Shown: piece by piece, positions 52,186-64,000 of the stretch
Numbering within the stretch: the stretch's first letter is position 1
Layout: each line of letters starts with the position of its first letter
Source of the DNA: Octopus bimaculoides
Taxonomy: Eukaryota
Length of the DNA stretch: 64,000 nt
Direction: 5' to 3'
NCBI RefSeq assembly: GCF_001194135.2
Contig: NC_068991.1
Coordinates: 78,869,533-78,933,532, forward strand
Made by a program: the position numbers and the translations under genes
The notes under the pieces: generated by a model
Databases searched by the model: none
The model's input: the letters and a program-made list of their open reading frames with translations, nothing else
What the model was told of the DNA's origin: nothing

Positions 52186-52631
52186 GACAAGATAAGTATT
52201 GGGGTCAATTTGTTCAACGAAACCCTTCAAAATGGTGTCCCCTGGTGTCCCCTGCATAACCGCGTTCCGATGACAGAAACAAATAAATGATGAAAGGCAA
52301 AACACACACACATACACGCACACACATACACACACATACACACTCACAAATAAGAACTCACACGCACACATACAAACGTTTCAAAATACACCTGGATACA
52401 ACTCGGCAAACAATTCGCAACTCGAGTGGGCTAAGATGTCCTAAAACGTGACTTGAAAGATTACTGCAGGTCTGCTGTTAAGTTAGACACAACCTGAGCC
52501 AATAATGGCTAAAACCTCTCCGAATTATGTAAGTTATAATTCTATTCATTCACTTATATGTATGTAAACAATATATCTATCCATTTGCCAGTCTGCCTGT
52601 GTGCTTATATATATATATATATATATATATA

Positions 52632-52803
52632 TGCTCGAAATACCAGACTAGAAAAACAGCCAACAACTGATGAAGGGTCGTTCTTTATGTTTGTTTTGTT
52701 TTCCATTTGTGTCTTTTGTTGTTCGAAAGAATAGTTCATGTGCTATGCACACGTGCTTCGTAATTTTTTGTTGTACACGTTTCTTGACGTCCTGTGCCCA
52801 CAC

Positions 52804-52805
<2 letters not shown>
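52632..52805 (+). mobile_element. Short Penelope-pLTR-like repeat within (TA)n (relative of 36-235)
   Basis: ctcGAAAtac...caaCTGATGAaggg...cacgtttcttgacgtcctgtgccca; (TA)n on both sides. Confidence 0.4.
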
Positions 52806-52895
<90 letters not shown>

Positions 52896-53837
52896 AGTTT
52901 GTGTGTGTACATGTGCATTTGTATATGTGGGATAGTGGATATGTGTGGTCGTATTCATAACAAATTTCATCAGTAAAAAGGCTTTTTATCTTTTTTGATC
53001 TTTTCTTCCACTCTGCCCCACACATCCTACATCCTACCACATAAACTTCAATTTTCCAGCCGAGCATAATGACCCCACCACACACTGTCCGTCTCACTCA
53101 ATACAAAATTCTATTTCACTAACGACTACACATAAAAATGGCCTTAATTAACCTTTAAGCAAAAAATACTTGTGCAAAATATATTTCTGTTCTGCCACTC
53201 CTTAAAATACCAGAATAATGTTTTTTCCTCTGTCTTTCTATTTTTGTTATTTATTTTTCTCATTTCTATATGAGACACCTTACCGTAAATACTGAAATAC
53301 TGACCTGAAAAAAATAAAAAACAAAACAAAAGAGAAAGAGAAAAATAACAACGAACGAACGAAGAACCAAAAAAAATCCAATAAAATTTACAAGAAGTTT
53401 TTGAACAATGAGTAAATAACGACTGCGTAAATATTTACTCTTATGTTAAAAAAGAAAAAAATGAAACTGCTGCTGTCGAACACACTTCTCTCATACAAAA
53501 CACTTCACAAGCTCCCGCCTGCAAAAACATCAAAATCAGAAAAAAAGATATAAAAATAGAAATAAATCCATTAATAAATGTTTTCAATCGGCATCAGACG
53601 CACTTGGAAATTCTAGTCACCACGTATGAACACCACAGAGATTCCTCAATCCTTCTCTATTCCGATTATTCCCAGCGAGGAGGAAATCGCGTATTATCGT
53701 AAAGTGCGAAACCTTCCAGTTTCCACAATAATTATTTACGTTAAAAACGTGTGGACACTATTGTTAAGAGTACGAAAGTACATCCTAATTACTGTTACTT
53801 ACCCGCACGCACACACACACACAAACACACACGCACA

Positions 53838-53980
53838 GAGTTTTACTTGCTCAGCCATTGGCCTGCAGCCTTTGAATCGCCATCCTGAACGGTTTTCTTG
53901 GTCAAATCGATTCCAGTAATTTCTTTAAGCTCTGTCTGACTCTTTTTGCCGAACGACTAAGTTACGGAGACACAGATAAA
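53838..53980 (-). mobile_element. Decayed SINE family A 3' half
   Basis: ttttacttgctcagccattggcctgcagcc...tttttgccgaacgactaagttacggagac. Confidence 0.65.
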
Positions 53981-55569
53981 TCTACACACACACACAGAAT
54001 CTCTCTTTCTAACTATGTGTATGTATGCACATAAATGTATATATGTATTTTATATAGACACGTATTTGCATATATATACATATNNNNNNNNNNNNNNNNN
54101 NNNNNNNNNNNNNNNNNNNNNNNNNNNNNNNNNNNNNNNNNNNNNNNNNNNNNNNNNNNNNNNNNNNNNNNNNNNNNNNNNNNNNNNNNNNNNNNNNNNN
54201 NNNNNNNNNNNNNNNNNNNNNNNNNNNNNNNNNNNNNNNNNNNNNNNNNNNNNNNNNNNNNNNNNNNNNNNNNNNNNNNNNNNNNNNNNNNNNNNNNNNN
54301 NNNNNNNNNNNNNNNNNNNNNNNNNNNNNNNNNNNNNNNNNNNNNNNNNNNNNNNNNNNNNNNNNNNNNNNNNNNNNNNNNNNNNNNNNNNNNNNNNNNN
54401 NNNNNNNNNNNNNNNNNNNNNNNNNNNNNNNNNNNNNNNNNNNNNNNNNNNNNNNNNNNNNNNNNNNNNNNNNNNNNNNNNNNNNNNNNNNNNNNNNNNN
54501 NNNNNNNNNNNNNNNNNNNNNNNNNNNNNNNNNNNNNNNNNNNNNNNNNNNNNNNNNNNNNNNNNNNNNNNNNNNNNNNNNNNNNNNNNNNNNNNNNNNN
54601 NNNNNNNNNNNNNNNNNNNNNNNNNNNNNNNNNNNNNNNNNNNNNNNNNNNNNNNNNNNNNNNNNNNNNNNNNNNNNNNNNNNNNNNNNNNNNNNNNNNN
54701 NNNNNNNNNNNNNNNNNNNNNNNNNNNNNNNNNNNNNNNNNNNNATATATATTCAGCTATAGCTGAAACATTATTTTCACGTTTCTTTAAATTAAATTAC
54801 TTTTATAGTGTCAATGGATCATTTCAAATTATCTTAAATTATCTTTACTTCAAGAAAATCTAACGTCGATTTTTCTAATCTATATTCGCTCATGTACGAA
54901 AAAAAAAAATGTCTTTTTGTTGAAATAAAAGCAAAGATTGTTAAAGCGATGAACGTATTATTATTTATGTAATGTATTTTTCACTTATAACTTTAATACT
55001 TTTTGAAATTTTAATCAGTTCATCGTAATTATATCGATCTGTTTATTAAGTAAAATGATCCTTAAAATCAATACACTTTCTCGCCTACTCGGATAAATTC
55101 CTGCTTAGATCAATTGCCACTTATATCAAATTTTCATGGAACATTCAATCGTTATCGTCTTCTTGTCTCTTACTGATTAAAATCTTTTGATGTTACTATG
55201 AAAATAATGGAATCATGGCATCATCCTGATGAAATTCCTCGAATTTAATTCATCACGAATTATATTTATTTATATTGTCTGCAATTCATCGTGGAATTAA
55301 TTTAATTGCTCTTTTGTGTCATATGATTAATTGCTCTTTGATGTCTATAGTAAAAGGCAGGTTTTATTCATATTTATTTTTTAATGTTATCCTGGCTCTT
55401 GATATTTGATTTAAAATAGAATAATAATTTTTCTCAATATTGTGGGGCGTGGAAAGGAGCCAGAGATAATTTCCCCAGATGTTTCAAGTCAGATTACTGT
55501 TCTGAAATAAATGTACCCCCCATACTCTCACGATGTCTGTCACGATGTGTTTATGCTGGAGAGTGTGTG

Positions 55570-55965
55570 TGTGTGCGTGAAGCCCCAATCAACTTGTGAA
55601 AGATCATGATTGATCGCATCCCGGTCGGCATTATGAAGATCCATAGTGTCTAATGGATGGGCTGAAGAGATGTCACTGGATTTGATCTTGGGTGGTAGAA
55701 TCTCAGATCACAGAGAACCATGTTATAGTTTGAGAGTAGTGGTGTATTTTTCCACTGCAACATCGAGGATAGTGTCTGTGTGGTTACTGAACACTAGGTC
55801 TAAGGGGTTTTTGTGACACCTTGTTGGTTCACGAACGAGTTGGGTCAGGAGAAACTCTTCCACAAGATCAAAGATCAATTCGATTGCTTCCTTATCAGGT
55901 GTTGAGGTGGAAAACCTAGTTTCAAGCTGTTTGTGGACCAATCAACACTGGGAAGGTTGAAGCTT
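55570..55965 (-). mobile_element. CR1/L2-type LINE apurinic-like endonuclease fragment
   Basis: FNLPSVDW...LLTQLVREPTR..NPLDLVFSN...LDVAV is an APE-domain C-terminal signature. Confidence 0.85.
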
Positions 55966-56409
55966 GTGTGTGTAATTTTATACGTGTATAAATATGAATT
56001 TATATATGTGCGTATAATATCTATGTATGTGTGTATATGTATGTACGTAGTCTGGCAGGACCTAACCAACCTCGAAAACCCGTAGCTAACCTAGGGAGAA
56101 TTTGAATGGAATGATTGAATCCCTTATGATCGGTGTTTAGGCTTTGTTAGTTTGCCCTTAGTTGTTGGCAGCCAAGGGTGTAAGCTCTCTTACCAAGACA
56201 AGGTCAAGCCAAGAGAGAAGGATTTGGGTTTCACGTGTTAACGAGGGCCAGATGATAATGAACATGCGGACGTGTTGGGGTCGGGGGCAAGAAAGAGCGC
56301 ATTAATGTTGTGGGTAGGGAAAGGGTGAGAAAGAAAGGGATTGGGTGAGAGTGAAGGAAAAGTGATTGGAATGAGTAGGGGAGGCGGCGTGACAGGTAGA
56401 ACGGGTCGG

Positions 56410-56620
56410 AGAGGTCAGGGTGGTGGGTTGGTTGATGAACGTAATTGTGGTGAAAGAGTGCAGCAGGGTTCGCCACCCCACCCCCTGCCGGAGCCTCGTG
56501 GAGCTTTAGGTGTTTTCGCTCCATAAACACTCACAACGCCCGTTCTGAGAATCGAAACCGCGACCGCGATCCCACAACCGCGAGTCCGCTGCCCTAACCA
56601 CTGGGCCATTGCGACTCCAC
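56410..56620 (-). mobile_element. tRNA-derived SINE family B with atypical long 3' continuation
   Basis: Head and body nearly identical to 11209-11385, then diverges after ctctttcaccacaa. Confidence 0.85.
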
Positions 56621-56934
56621 TATGTATGTATATGTATGTCTATCTATCTATCTGTCTGTGTGTCTGTCTGTCTGTCTGTCTGTATGTATGTATGTATGTA
56701 TGTATAAGTACTTATCAACAATTATGTTTCAGATTACAATGCATTTTAATTCCATTTACGACTGAAAACTTTGCCTAGATCATCGAGTTTTTATTCTCCA
56801 TGGAATATCATTTCACTTTGGTGGATTGGGTTAATTAATAGTTAAGTGGTTTGGTCTTAGAAACCGCCGCATCGGTGATGGTATACAAATTATTGTCCCC
56901 TGACATGGGTTTCATTTAATAGTCTCGGTCAGTT

Positions 56935-57098
56935 GCAAAGCACCCATTACACTCTCGGAGTGGTTGGAGTTAGGAAGGGCATCCAGTTGTAGAGACTCTG
57001 CCAAATCAGATTGGAGCCTGGTGTAGCCATCTGGTTCAGCAATCCTCAGTCATATCATCCAACCCATGCTAGCATAGAAAGCAGACGTTAAACGATGG
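56935..57098 (+). mobile_element. SINE or LINE-related 3' end repeat (family D)
   Basis: ggaagggcatccag...ccaacccatgctagcatagaaagcagacgttaaacgatg; recalled as an abundant RTE-tail-type repeat, single copy in this window. Confidence 0.5.
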
Positions 57099-57640
57099 TA
57101 TATATAATACAATTGAGGCACCTTGTTAGGTCGAAGTAACATGTACACCCAAACAGTGTTAAGTGAATATTAAACTCGGTTCAGAAGTGCAGCCAGGTGA
57201 TATTCTTGCAGTGTATGCAGGTAATACGACCCAGCTTAATGAAGAGACCCGCTCTTGGCTATTCAGGCATGTACTTTATATTAAAATAATTTCTATGATA
57301 TTTCCGAAACACAGATTCCAGGACAGGTGAATAAAGTATAAATGAGTAAAAAAGAGGCACAGCTGTCAATTACTTACGGCCGTTTCAAGCGACTCCTTTA
57401 ATTGATTAATGAAAACATTACATTGCAAAGAAACCGTCAGATGACTGCATGAACTGCAAACATAAAGGACAATTCGACTGATTTAACATAGTCACAACTC
57501 CACAGAGCCAAAGTATTTCCATTGATTCTGCTGCTATTCAGTTGGCAGAACTAATTTACCAAATAGTTTATATCGAGTCAGAAAGAATAGAATTTTAGGA
57601 TAGTAGATAGTAGGGGGAAGGAATAACAGAAATCAGTGAA

Positions 57641-57682
<42 letters not shown>

Positions 57683-57889
57683 TTTGATAGACACACTGCA
57701 TGTTATTATGTACCACAATTAATTTCATATGTTGAGAAACATCTCAAACATATTCATCAGGCACAAGCCACACGTCATAACGAATTAAGAATTGAATGTG
57801 AGAAGAAGTGCGAAAAGTGGAGAACGAAGCATATATCAACGTTTTGAAACAGGAAATTCAACGCAATATATTTCAACAATGCGGAAATT

Positions 57890-58330
57890 TTATTCCTGAA
57901 AGTAAGTACCATTACAATCAACACATTTTTGCCAACGAGTTACAAGTTTGTTTATTCCGGTAACATAAAAATTTGGTGTTCTGGAGCTGATTAACGCACT
58001 TTCAGTAATGGTTTGATTTTTGAACTCCTTCTCCCGCAGGAAACCATCAAAGTGTTTGAAAAAGTTGTAGTCGGTAGGAGAAAGGTCTGAAGAATAATTT
58101 GGGTGGGGAAGAACTTTGTAGCCAAGTTCCCCCAACTTCCGGGATGTCATTAGTGAAACTTGTGGTTAAGCATTGTCATGACAAATGATTGGTCCTTTTC
58201 CGTTGATCAGTCTGAGATGGAGGAGTAGCAGTTTTTCGTTTATTTTGGCAATTTCATGACAGTATGCTTCTGCAGTCATGGTTTTTCCGAGTTTTAAGAA
58301 GTTATAGTGGATACGTCCAGCAGTACACTT
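57890..58330 (-). mobile_element. Mariner transposase pseudogene fragment
   Basis: IHYNFLKLGKTMTAEAYC...CHDNA and LGYKVLPHPNYSSDLSPTDYNFF...GINKLVTRWQKCVDCNGTYF (HPPYSPDL motif); frameshifted, no TIR seen. Confidence 0.93.
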
Positions 58331-58397
58331 CAAACTAATATATACATGTTGTCCGTTTTTATTCATTTATTTGAATTGCTTTTTATTTATTGGAATT

Positions 58398-58438
<41 letters not shown>

Positions 58439-58589
58439 CATACATACATATTTATTCCCCCCCCCCCACAGATTTGCATATGTGCATGTTTATGTGTGTG
58501 TATGTATATATATACATACATGCACCTGTTGTGCTGTTTTAGACTTCAAAGGCCATATGGTTAGCGGTTAGGAATAGCTGTATTAATAC

Positions 58590-58870
58590 TTACTGCCGCT
58601 ATTAGGAACGGACATAAATTAATATTTGTTGTATTGCTATCTGCAGTTGAGATTATGTAAATACATATATTAATATTTACTTCAGTGGTGTCTGCGAGAG
58701 AGATTAGGAATTTGCATATATAAATATTTAATATATTCGTATATGCAGGAAATACTAGGAACTTGCATAAATTATTACATTATTTTCTCCTGAGGAGACT
58801 GAAATTAGGAAATCGCATATCTTACGATATTAGTATTTACTATGGAGATTAAGAGCTTACTTATAAACGA
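58590..58870. repeat. Degenerate tandem array, unit about 50-55 bp
   Basis: gagattaggaa.t.gcatat..aatatt-like core recurs about 6 times. Confidence 0.5.
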
Positions 58871-59614
58871 CATATTTCGTTTAACAAAGAGATGAAAGTT
58901 ATAGATGCATATGTTGCGTGAAGGATTAATCTAGCATCAGAATATTTGAAGTATTTTATTGTTGACATCATGAGAATTCATAAACACCCCAGAAAACGTG
59001 AAATAATTCCATTTTGAAACAATGGATAACGAAGCTCATACAGCTTTCAATAACATGTGGATATTGGGTTGAAGACCCTTTTCCGGTACAACATTTTCAA
59101 GGCTGCTCTCAGTTCCAAAACCCACATAACAATCATTCGCCCATTGGACCAAAGCGATTCTTCAAATTTCTCTCTCCATTTTAGAGACTTTATTCTTACC
59201 AGAATAAAGGATTGAGAAACTTTCGACAGAATTTAAATAATTCTTTTTCGGGAATAGTGGATCTCGAAGAACTTTAATTGTATTTCTTTTGCCTGCATAA
59301 TAATTTAATCATTCGTAAGGGAATTTTCTTTCATGCTTTTGATAATCCCTCTTTCTGACATACGAGAATGATGAGTAGACATGCTTGGAACAATTTGTGT
59401 CCCACTAAAGGCGATGACGGGTCATGTGTTTATACTCAACAGGAGCGATTCACCTTGTTTGAAGCTTGTTTCTCAATCACATGGCTTCTGTGTTGCGCGC
59501 GCGCATTGAGTGAATTTTCCCTTGTTTTTGATTTTGATATACAGCTGGCAGTTTTAACTGGAGGCATTAGTGGTTTTATTTACCTGAGGAATTCACTGAT
59601 TTTGCAGTTTATCG

Positions 59615-60183
59615 ACCATTTGGCATATTACCAGCCAATGGACACCGCTAGCCCAGAAATAATATGAGACGTCATGACAACATAGCAAGGATTGTCCATT
59701 GGGCACTTTGCAACAAGTATGGAAATGATAATGCATCGAAAATGATAATGCAAAGATCCTATGGGATTTTATGAGTCAGTGCGACCATGAGATAGAGAAT
59801 AGGAAGTCAGACATGGTCTTAATTGAGAAAGAAACCAAACTATGCTGGATCATAGATATAACATGCCCAGCTTACAACAAAGTATGCGATAAGGAAGAAA
59901 GAAAAGTCGATAGATATGACTGGTTAGCTTGGGAAGTTAAGCAGTTGTGGTCGATGAAAAAGTCGGTAGTAGTACCAATAATCGACGGAGCTCTGGGAAG
60001 AGTGAGTAAAAATTTTGATAAGTACATGGAACAAATAGCGGCTGCAGTAAGAGTAGAGCACTTGCAGAAAACAGCACTCCTTGGAACACCTTAGTTCACT
60101 GGTAGTGAACAGCTGACGCTGTAGTACATCTCCAGCGTCACAAGCTGTGCAAAGACAATATAATAATAATAATAATAATAATT
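59615..60183 (+). mobile_element. R4/Dong-like RLE-LINE 3' end with (AAT)n tail
   Basis: RRHDNIARIVHWALCNKYG...KILWDF..QCDHEIENRKSDMVLIEKETKLCWIIDITCP..KVDRY..LAWEVKQLW..VVVPIIDGALG..LQKTALLGT. Confidence 0.9.
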
Positions 60184-60400
60184 CTTTCTAGTGGAAGCAC
60201 AAGGCCTAAATTTTTTTGAGGCGGGAGGATTGTCGATTACATCAACCCCAGTGCGTAACTGATATTTATTTCATCGAACCCGGAAGGATGAAAGGCAAAG
60301 TCGATCTAGGTGGAATTTGAACGCAGAACGTAGTGACAAGCGAAATACGGCTAAGCATTTCGCCCGGCACGCTAACCATTCTGCCAGCTCACTGCCGCCG
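60184..60400 (-). mobile_element. Full-length SINE family C, tail-to-tail with the LINE
   Basis: ttctttctagtggaagcacaaggcc...gctaagcatttcgcccggcacgctaaccattctgccagctc; (GAT)n beyond its head. Confidence 0.9.
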
Positions 60401-60964
60401 CCGTCATAATGATGATGATGATGATGATGCTGGAGATAAGGTTGTTAACTTTGCTAACCTTATTGGCAAAGAATCCACTTCTTTCCTGCAAGGCTTTGCC
60501 GACTTATAAGTTATTAAAAAGCGTCTTTAGAGCTGGCCACAAACTACATTAAATACTATACAAGCGTACAGTGTTTTAACAAACTGGCCAACTATACTAT
60601 ATACACAAGAGACCGATCTTTTTTTTTCTTCTTTTTCAACGAATAATTTATTTAATAGATTTTTTTCTGTTTGTGTATTTCTGTATGCTTTTTTCCTTTT
60701 CAGGATATCGTAATAGTATCAAACCTTCAGGATGCGTTGTTTAAGAATTGTTTCATGAATATTTATCACTGACTGCCAGGCAAAACTATCTGTTTGATCT
60801 CTTCTTCATGTCAGTGCCATCAAAGTAATATTGAGAACTTTATAGTATGTAGTTCATGCCATTAGCAATAGTTCACGAAAAATATTATATTTCAGGCGTT
60901 AACCTTAATAATGATAATAATGATGATGATGATGGCCACGACGACGACGATGACAACGACGACC

Positions 60965-61017
<53 letters not shown>

Positions 61018-61034
61018 TATTATTATTATAATTA

Positions 61035-61250
61035 TAATCCCTTCTACTATAGGCACAAGGCGTGAAATTTGGCGGGAGGGTGACAGTCGATTACATCGAC
61101 CTCATTGTCCAACCGGTACTTATTTTACCGACCCGAAAGGATGAAAAGCAAAGTCAACCTCGGTGGAATTTGAGCTCAAAACGTAGCGACAAACGAAATA
61201 TTGCAAAGCATTTCGCCCGGCGTGCAAACAATCCTGCAAGCTCGCCCCCT
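61035..61250 (-). mobile_element. Full-length SINE family C embedded in (AAT/GAT)n
   Basis: cccttctactataggcacaaggc...aagcatttcgcccggcgtgcaaacaatcctgcaagctcgcccc. Confidence 0.9.
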
Positions 61251-61334
61251 TAATAATAATGATGATGATGATGATGATATTAGTAGTAGTAGTAGTAGTA
61301 GTAATAATAATAATAGTAGTAGTAATAATAATAG

Positions 61335-61712
61335 TTGGTTAAGAAGGAATGTATTCACAGACACAATGGAGGTGAGATCTATATACACTGGAAGCTGTGC
61401 CAACACTAAGGAATACCACTTGGAAGAGATGGTATAGGCACACGCCATAACAGGTCACAGAAAATGAGAGAGCAACCATTCTTTGAGATATGTCAATACA
61501 CGCAGATAGAAAAATGAATGCCAATGGGCCGGATATAGTTGTCAGAGATCAAGAAAAAACATGTTTTCTAATTGATGTATCAATACCAACAGATGACAAT
61601 GTTTCTCTAAAAGAAACGGAGAAACTTTCAAAATACAAAGACTTGGAAATAGAGGTAACTCTAATGTGGAGTCTCAATACAGAAACAATTCCTATTATAC
61701 TAGGCGCATTTT
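61335..61712 (+). mobile_element. R4/Dong-like RLE-LINE endonuclease fragment
   Basis: YIHWKLCQH...ANGPDIVVRDQEKTCFLIDVSIPTDDNVSLKETEKLSKYKDLEIEV..MW...IPIILGA; preceded by (TAA/TAG)n. Confidence 0.9.
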
Positions 61713-62656
61713 CAGCCTGACAATTATTGAATTGATTAGATTGAATCATGAACCAACCAAAACGCATATCTGAAACAACTGCAAGACGCAAATAGATGAA
61801 GGTATATAGCCCCTTATATAGATAGATAGATAGATACATACATATACAATCATATATGTATATGTATACATGTATACATGTATACATATGTATAAGTACG
61901 CCTATAACTATATCTATCTATCGTTCTATCTATCTCTATCTACATATTGTGTGTGTGTGTAACGCACATAAACATATGTATATATATTTCAAATTATTTT
62001 GTGAGACACTGTGCGAATTATGTATTTCTCATTGTCTTTTATTGTCTGTTTAACATCAGTTATTCATAGTTAACAATAATAAGTTACTTGCAAAAGAACT
62101 ATTTCTGTGCAGCAACAATATATAAAACAAAAATAAGTAAATAGTTAAATAAAAATGAAAATACAAGCCTTTAGCGATTAATATATATTGAAATATAATG
62201 AAACATTATTTTCCTTCATCAGTTTTTTATATTTGTGTTATTGTTTGTCTTAATTTATCCGAACTAGACTCTAGACAATTCGAAATCCGTTAATTGATAG
62301 CTAGCCGTATGCAGGCGAAAATAAATCAAATTGTCTCTCTTCTGTATGAACTCTTACACAGCTTTGAAAAAACAATAATAGAGACACACTAATATAAAAA
62401 GTATCCGTTTGGAACTGGAGATAAAGATGTATGGCATGGTCACTCAGGCTTACAGTTATACACACGAATATATTTGGAAACATATTTATCATACATACAC
62501 ACACGCGCGCGCATGCACACACATATCTAACGATATACACCTCTTTCTCTCTTCACTGCCTCTGCATCTCTCACCCTTTGTCTTCCTCTCTGCCTATCAA
62601 TACACACACAACTATATCTATATATCCATCTATATTTTACTCTTTTATTTGTTGCA

Positions 62657-62712
62657 GATCGGACCAGAACGGACCGGACCGGACCGGACCAGACCGGATC
62701 GGATCGGATTAG
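62657..62712 (+). repeat. GC-rich pentamer repeat (GGACC/GGATC)n
   Basis: atcggaccagaacggaccggaccggaccggaccagaccggatcggatcggat. Confidence 0.9.
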
Positions 62713-64000
62713 CCTAGCCTTTTGCCTGAACGTGCGTCCGTTCCTTCATACCTATGCACTTACGTACTTTCGTTCGTTCGTTCCTTGTTTTATTCTCAAA
62801 CGCATACTCGTACATACATACGTATATATATATAAACAGTTCCATTTATTAAACATTTTGTTTCAGACGTGCACAACTTTCAGCGCAAACGCTTTATAAC
62901 AATTTCTAATGTTCTGACTGAATTTAAAACTTTATTTCCAACAACTTCACCAAAACATAACATGCTGTGAATCTTCTGTAATTAGTTCATGGCAACATGA
63001 TTTATATTAACAGGATTAACCTTTACATATTTCCGAGGTCAAATAATACCTGAAATATTAATATTTAATGACTTCCAGCAAAATTCAACTGGGAATTACA
63101 CTGGAATATCGTGCTGCTGCTACACACAGAAACATCATATATTGGCATTTAATAAAATGCTGTCTTCTGCGCAAGATTCGCTCACCGAACTTGTAATTGT
63201 TAGCTTATAGACATAGCACGAGCTGCATTCAGCCTCAAAACAGACACGTCCTACATACTTCCCTCTTACGTAGTCACGCTTGTGTTGTCTCATGTGCCAT
63301 AAATTACATGAAACACCGTATTCAATCTTTCCTTCCAGATCAAGAGTCACCAGAAATACCTTCATTGATTAAGATTTTGCTATATTCATCTATCTAAAAG
63401 CTTCAAATTATATACCAACTGCACCATCTCAATAGATCTGAGCAGGTATGCAAAATGAAGGTCACTGACATGGTTCTGTGTATAAATAGATATTTTCCTG
63501 CAGGAATACGATATTCCAAGCTCGAGGTGTAAACAATTTCCCCAGTCTATAAGCAATATTGAATGAACAGACGCATACACACACTTACATGTGTGTGTGT
63601 GTATGTGTATATACATATATATATATATACCTCCTTCAGGAAAAATATGGAGAAATACTTCATAGCAAAATTCTCACCAAAACTGAATGGCTGAAACATG
63701 AAGATCACAACCCATCTAGGATCTTCAACTTTGGAACAACAGACCCTAAAAAAACGACAAGAAACCCAGATAGTGAGACATTTTTGTACCAACAAGAATT
63801 GAACCCAGTTACCTAGGTTCTCATATTTCTCTCCTAACTTTTTTTGAACTAACCAGCTGTATAGATATCATCACAATTCCTTCCTTCCCTTTTACACTCC
63901 TTTCAGACACACACGCACGCACACACACACACACATACACTCTCTCTACCACTGGACAATGATACCAAAGAATACCATCTGGTTTTGCCTCCTTTTTTTT

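Noticed and set aside
59185-59360. LRR-like string NNSFSGIVDLEEL after a strong acceptor
   Set aside because: In-frame stop and irregular Leu spacing; compatible with chance in AT-rich sequence.
63700-63745. Minus-strand SVVPKLKILDG resembling an LRRcap motif
   Set aside because: Immediately followed by a stop, with only a weak donor and no LRR exons upstream in the window.

Overview
AT-rich, repeat-dominated eukaryotic DNA from a gapped draft assembly (13 N-runs, most flanked by microsatellites). The SINE repertoire and dense di-/tri-/tetranucleotide repeats match what I recall of Octopus (cephalopod) genomes; that assignment is from memory, not a search. No complete protein-coding gene, rRNA, true tRNA or CRISPR array is supported. 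Most long ORFs in the track are artefacts of N-runs or microsatellites. The window is a mosaic of decayed retroelements (RTE, CR1, L2, L1/Tx1, restriction-like-endonuclease LINEs of R4/Dong and CRE/NeSL type, Penelope), two mariner remnants and about 30 tRNA-derived SINE copies of several families (my labels A-E). One unassigned exon is reasonably supported (29760-29938, +). Most interesting: (i) short elements with Penelope-type hammerhead-ribozyme motifs, mostly next to (TA)n, including a 65-bp hairpin bounded by a 12-bp direct repeat; (ii) an RTE 3' end encoding three C2H2 zinc fingers; (iii) LINEs and SINEs occupying (AAT)n repeats on opposite strands and nesting in SINE-internal microsatellites; (iv) a double fold-back mariner remnant. 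All family assignments are by motif recognition by eye.
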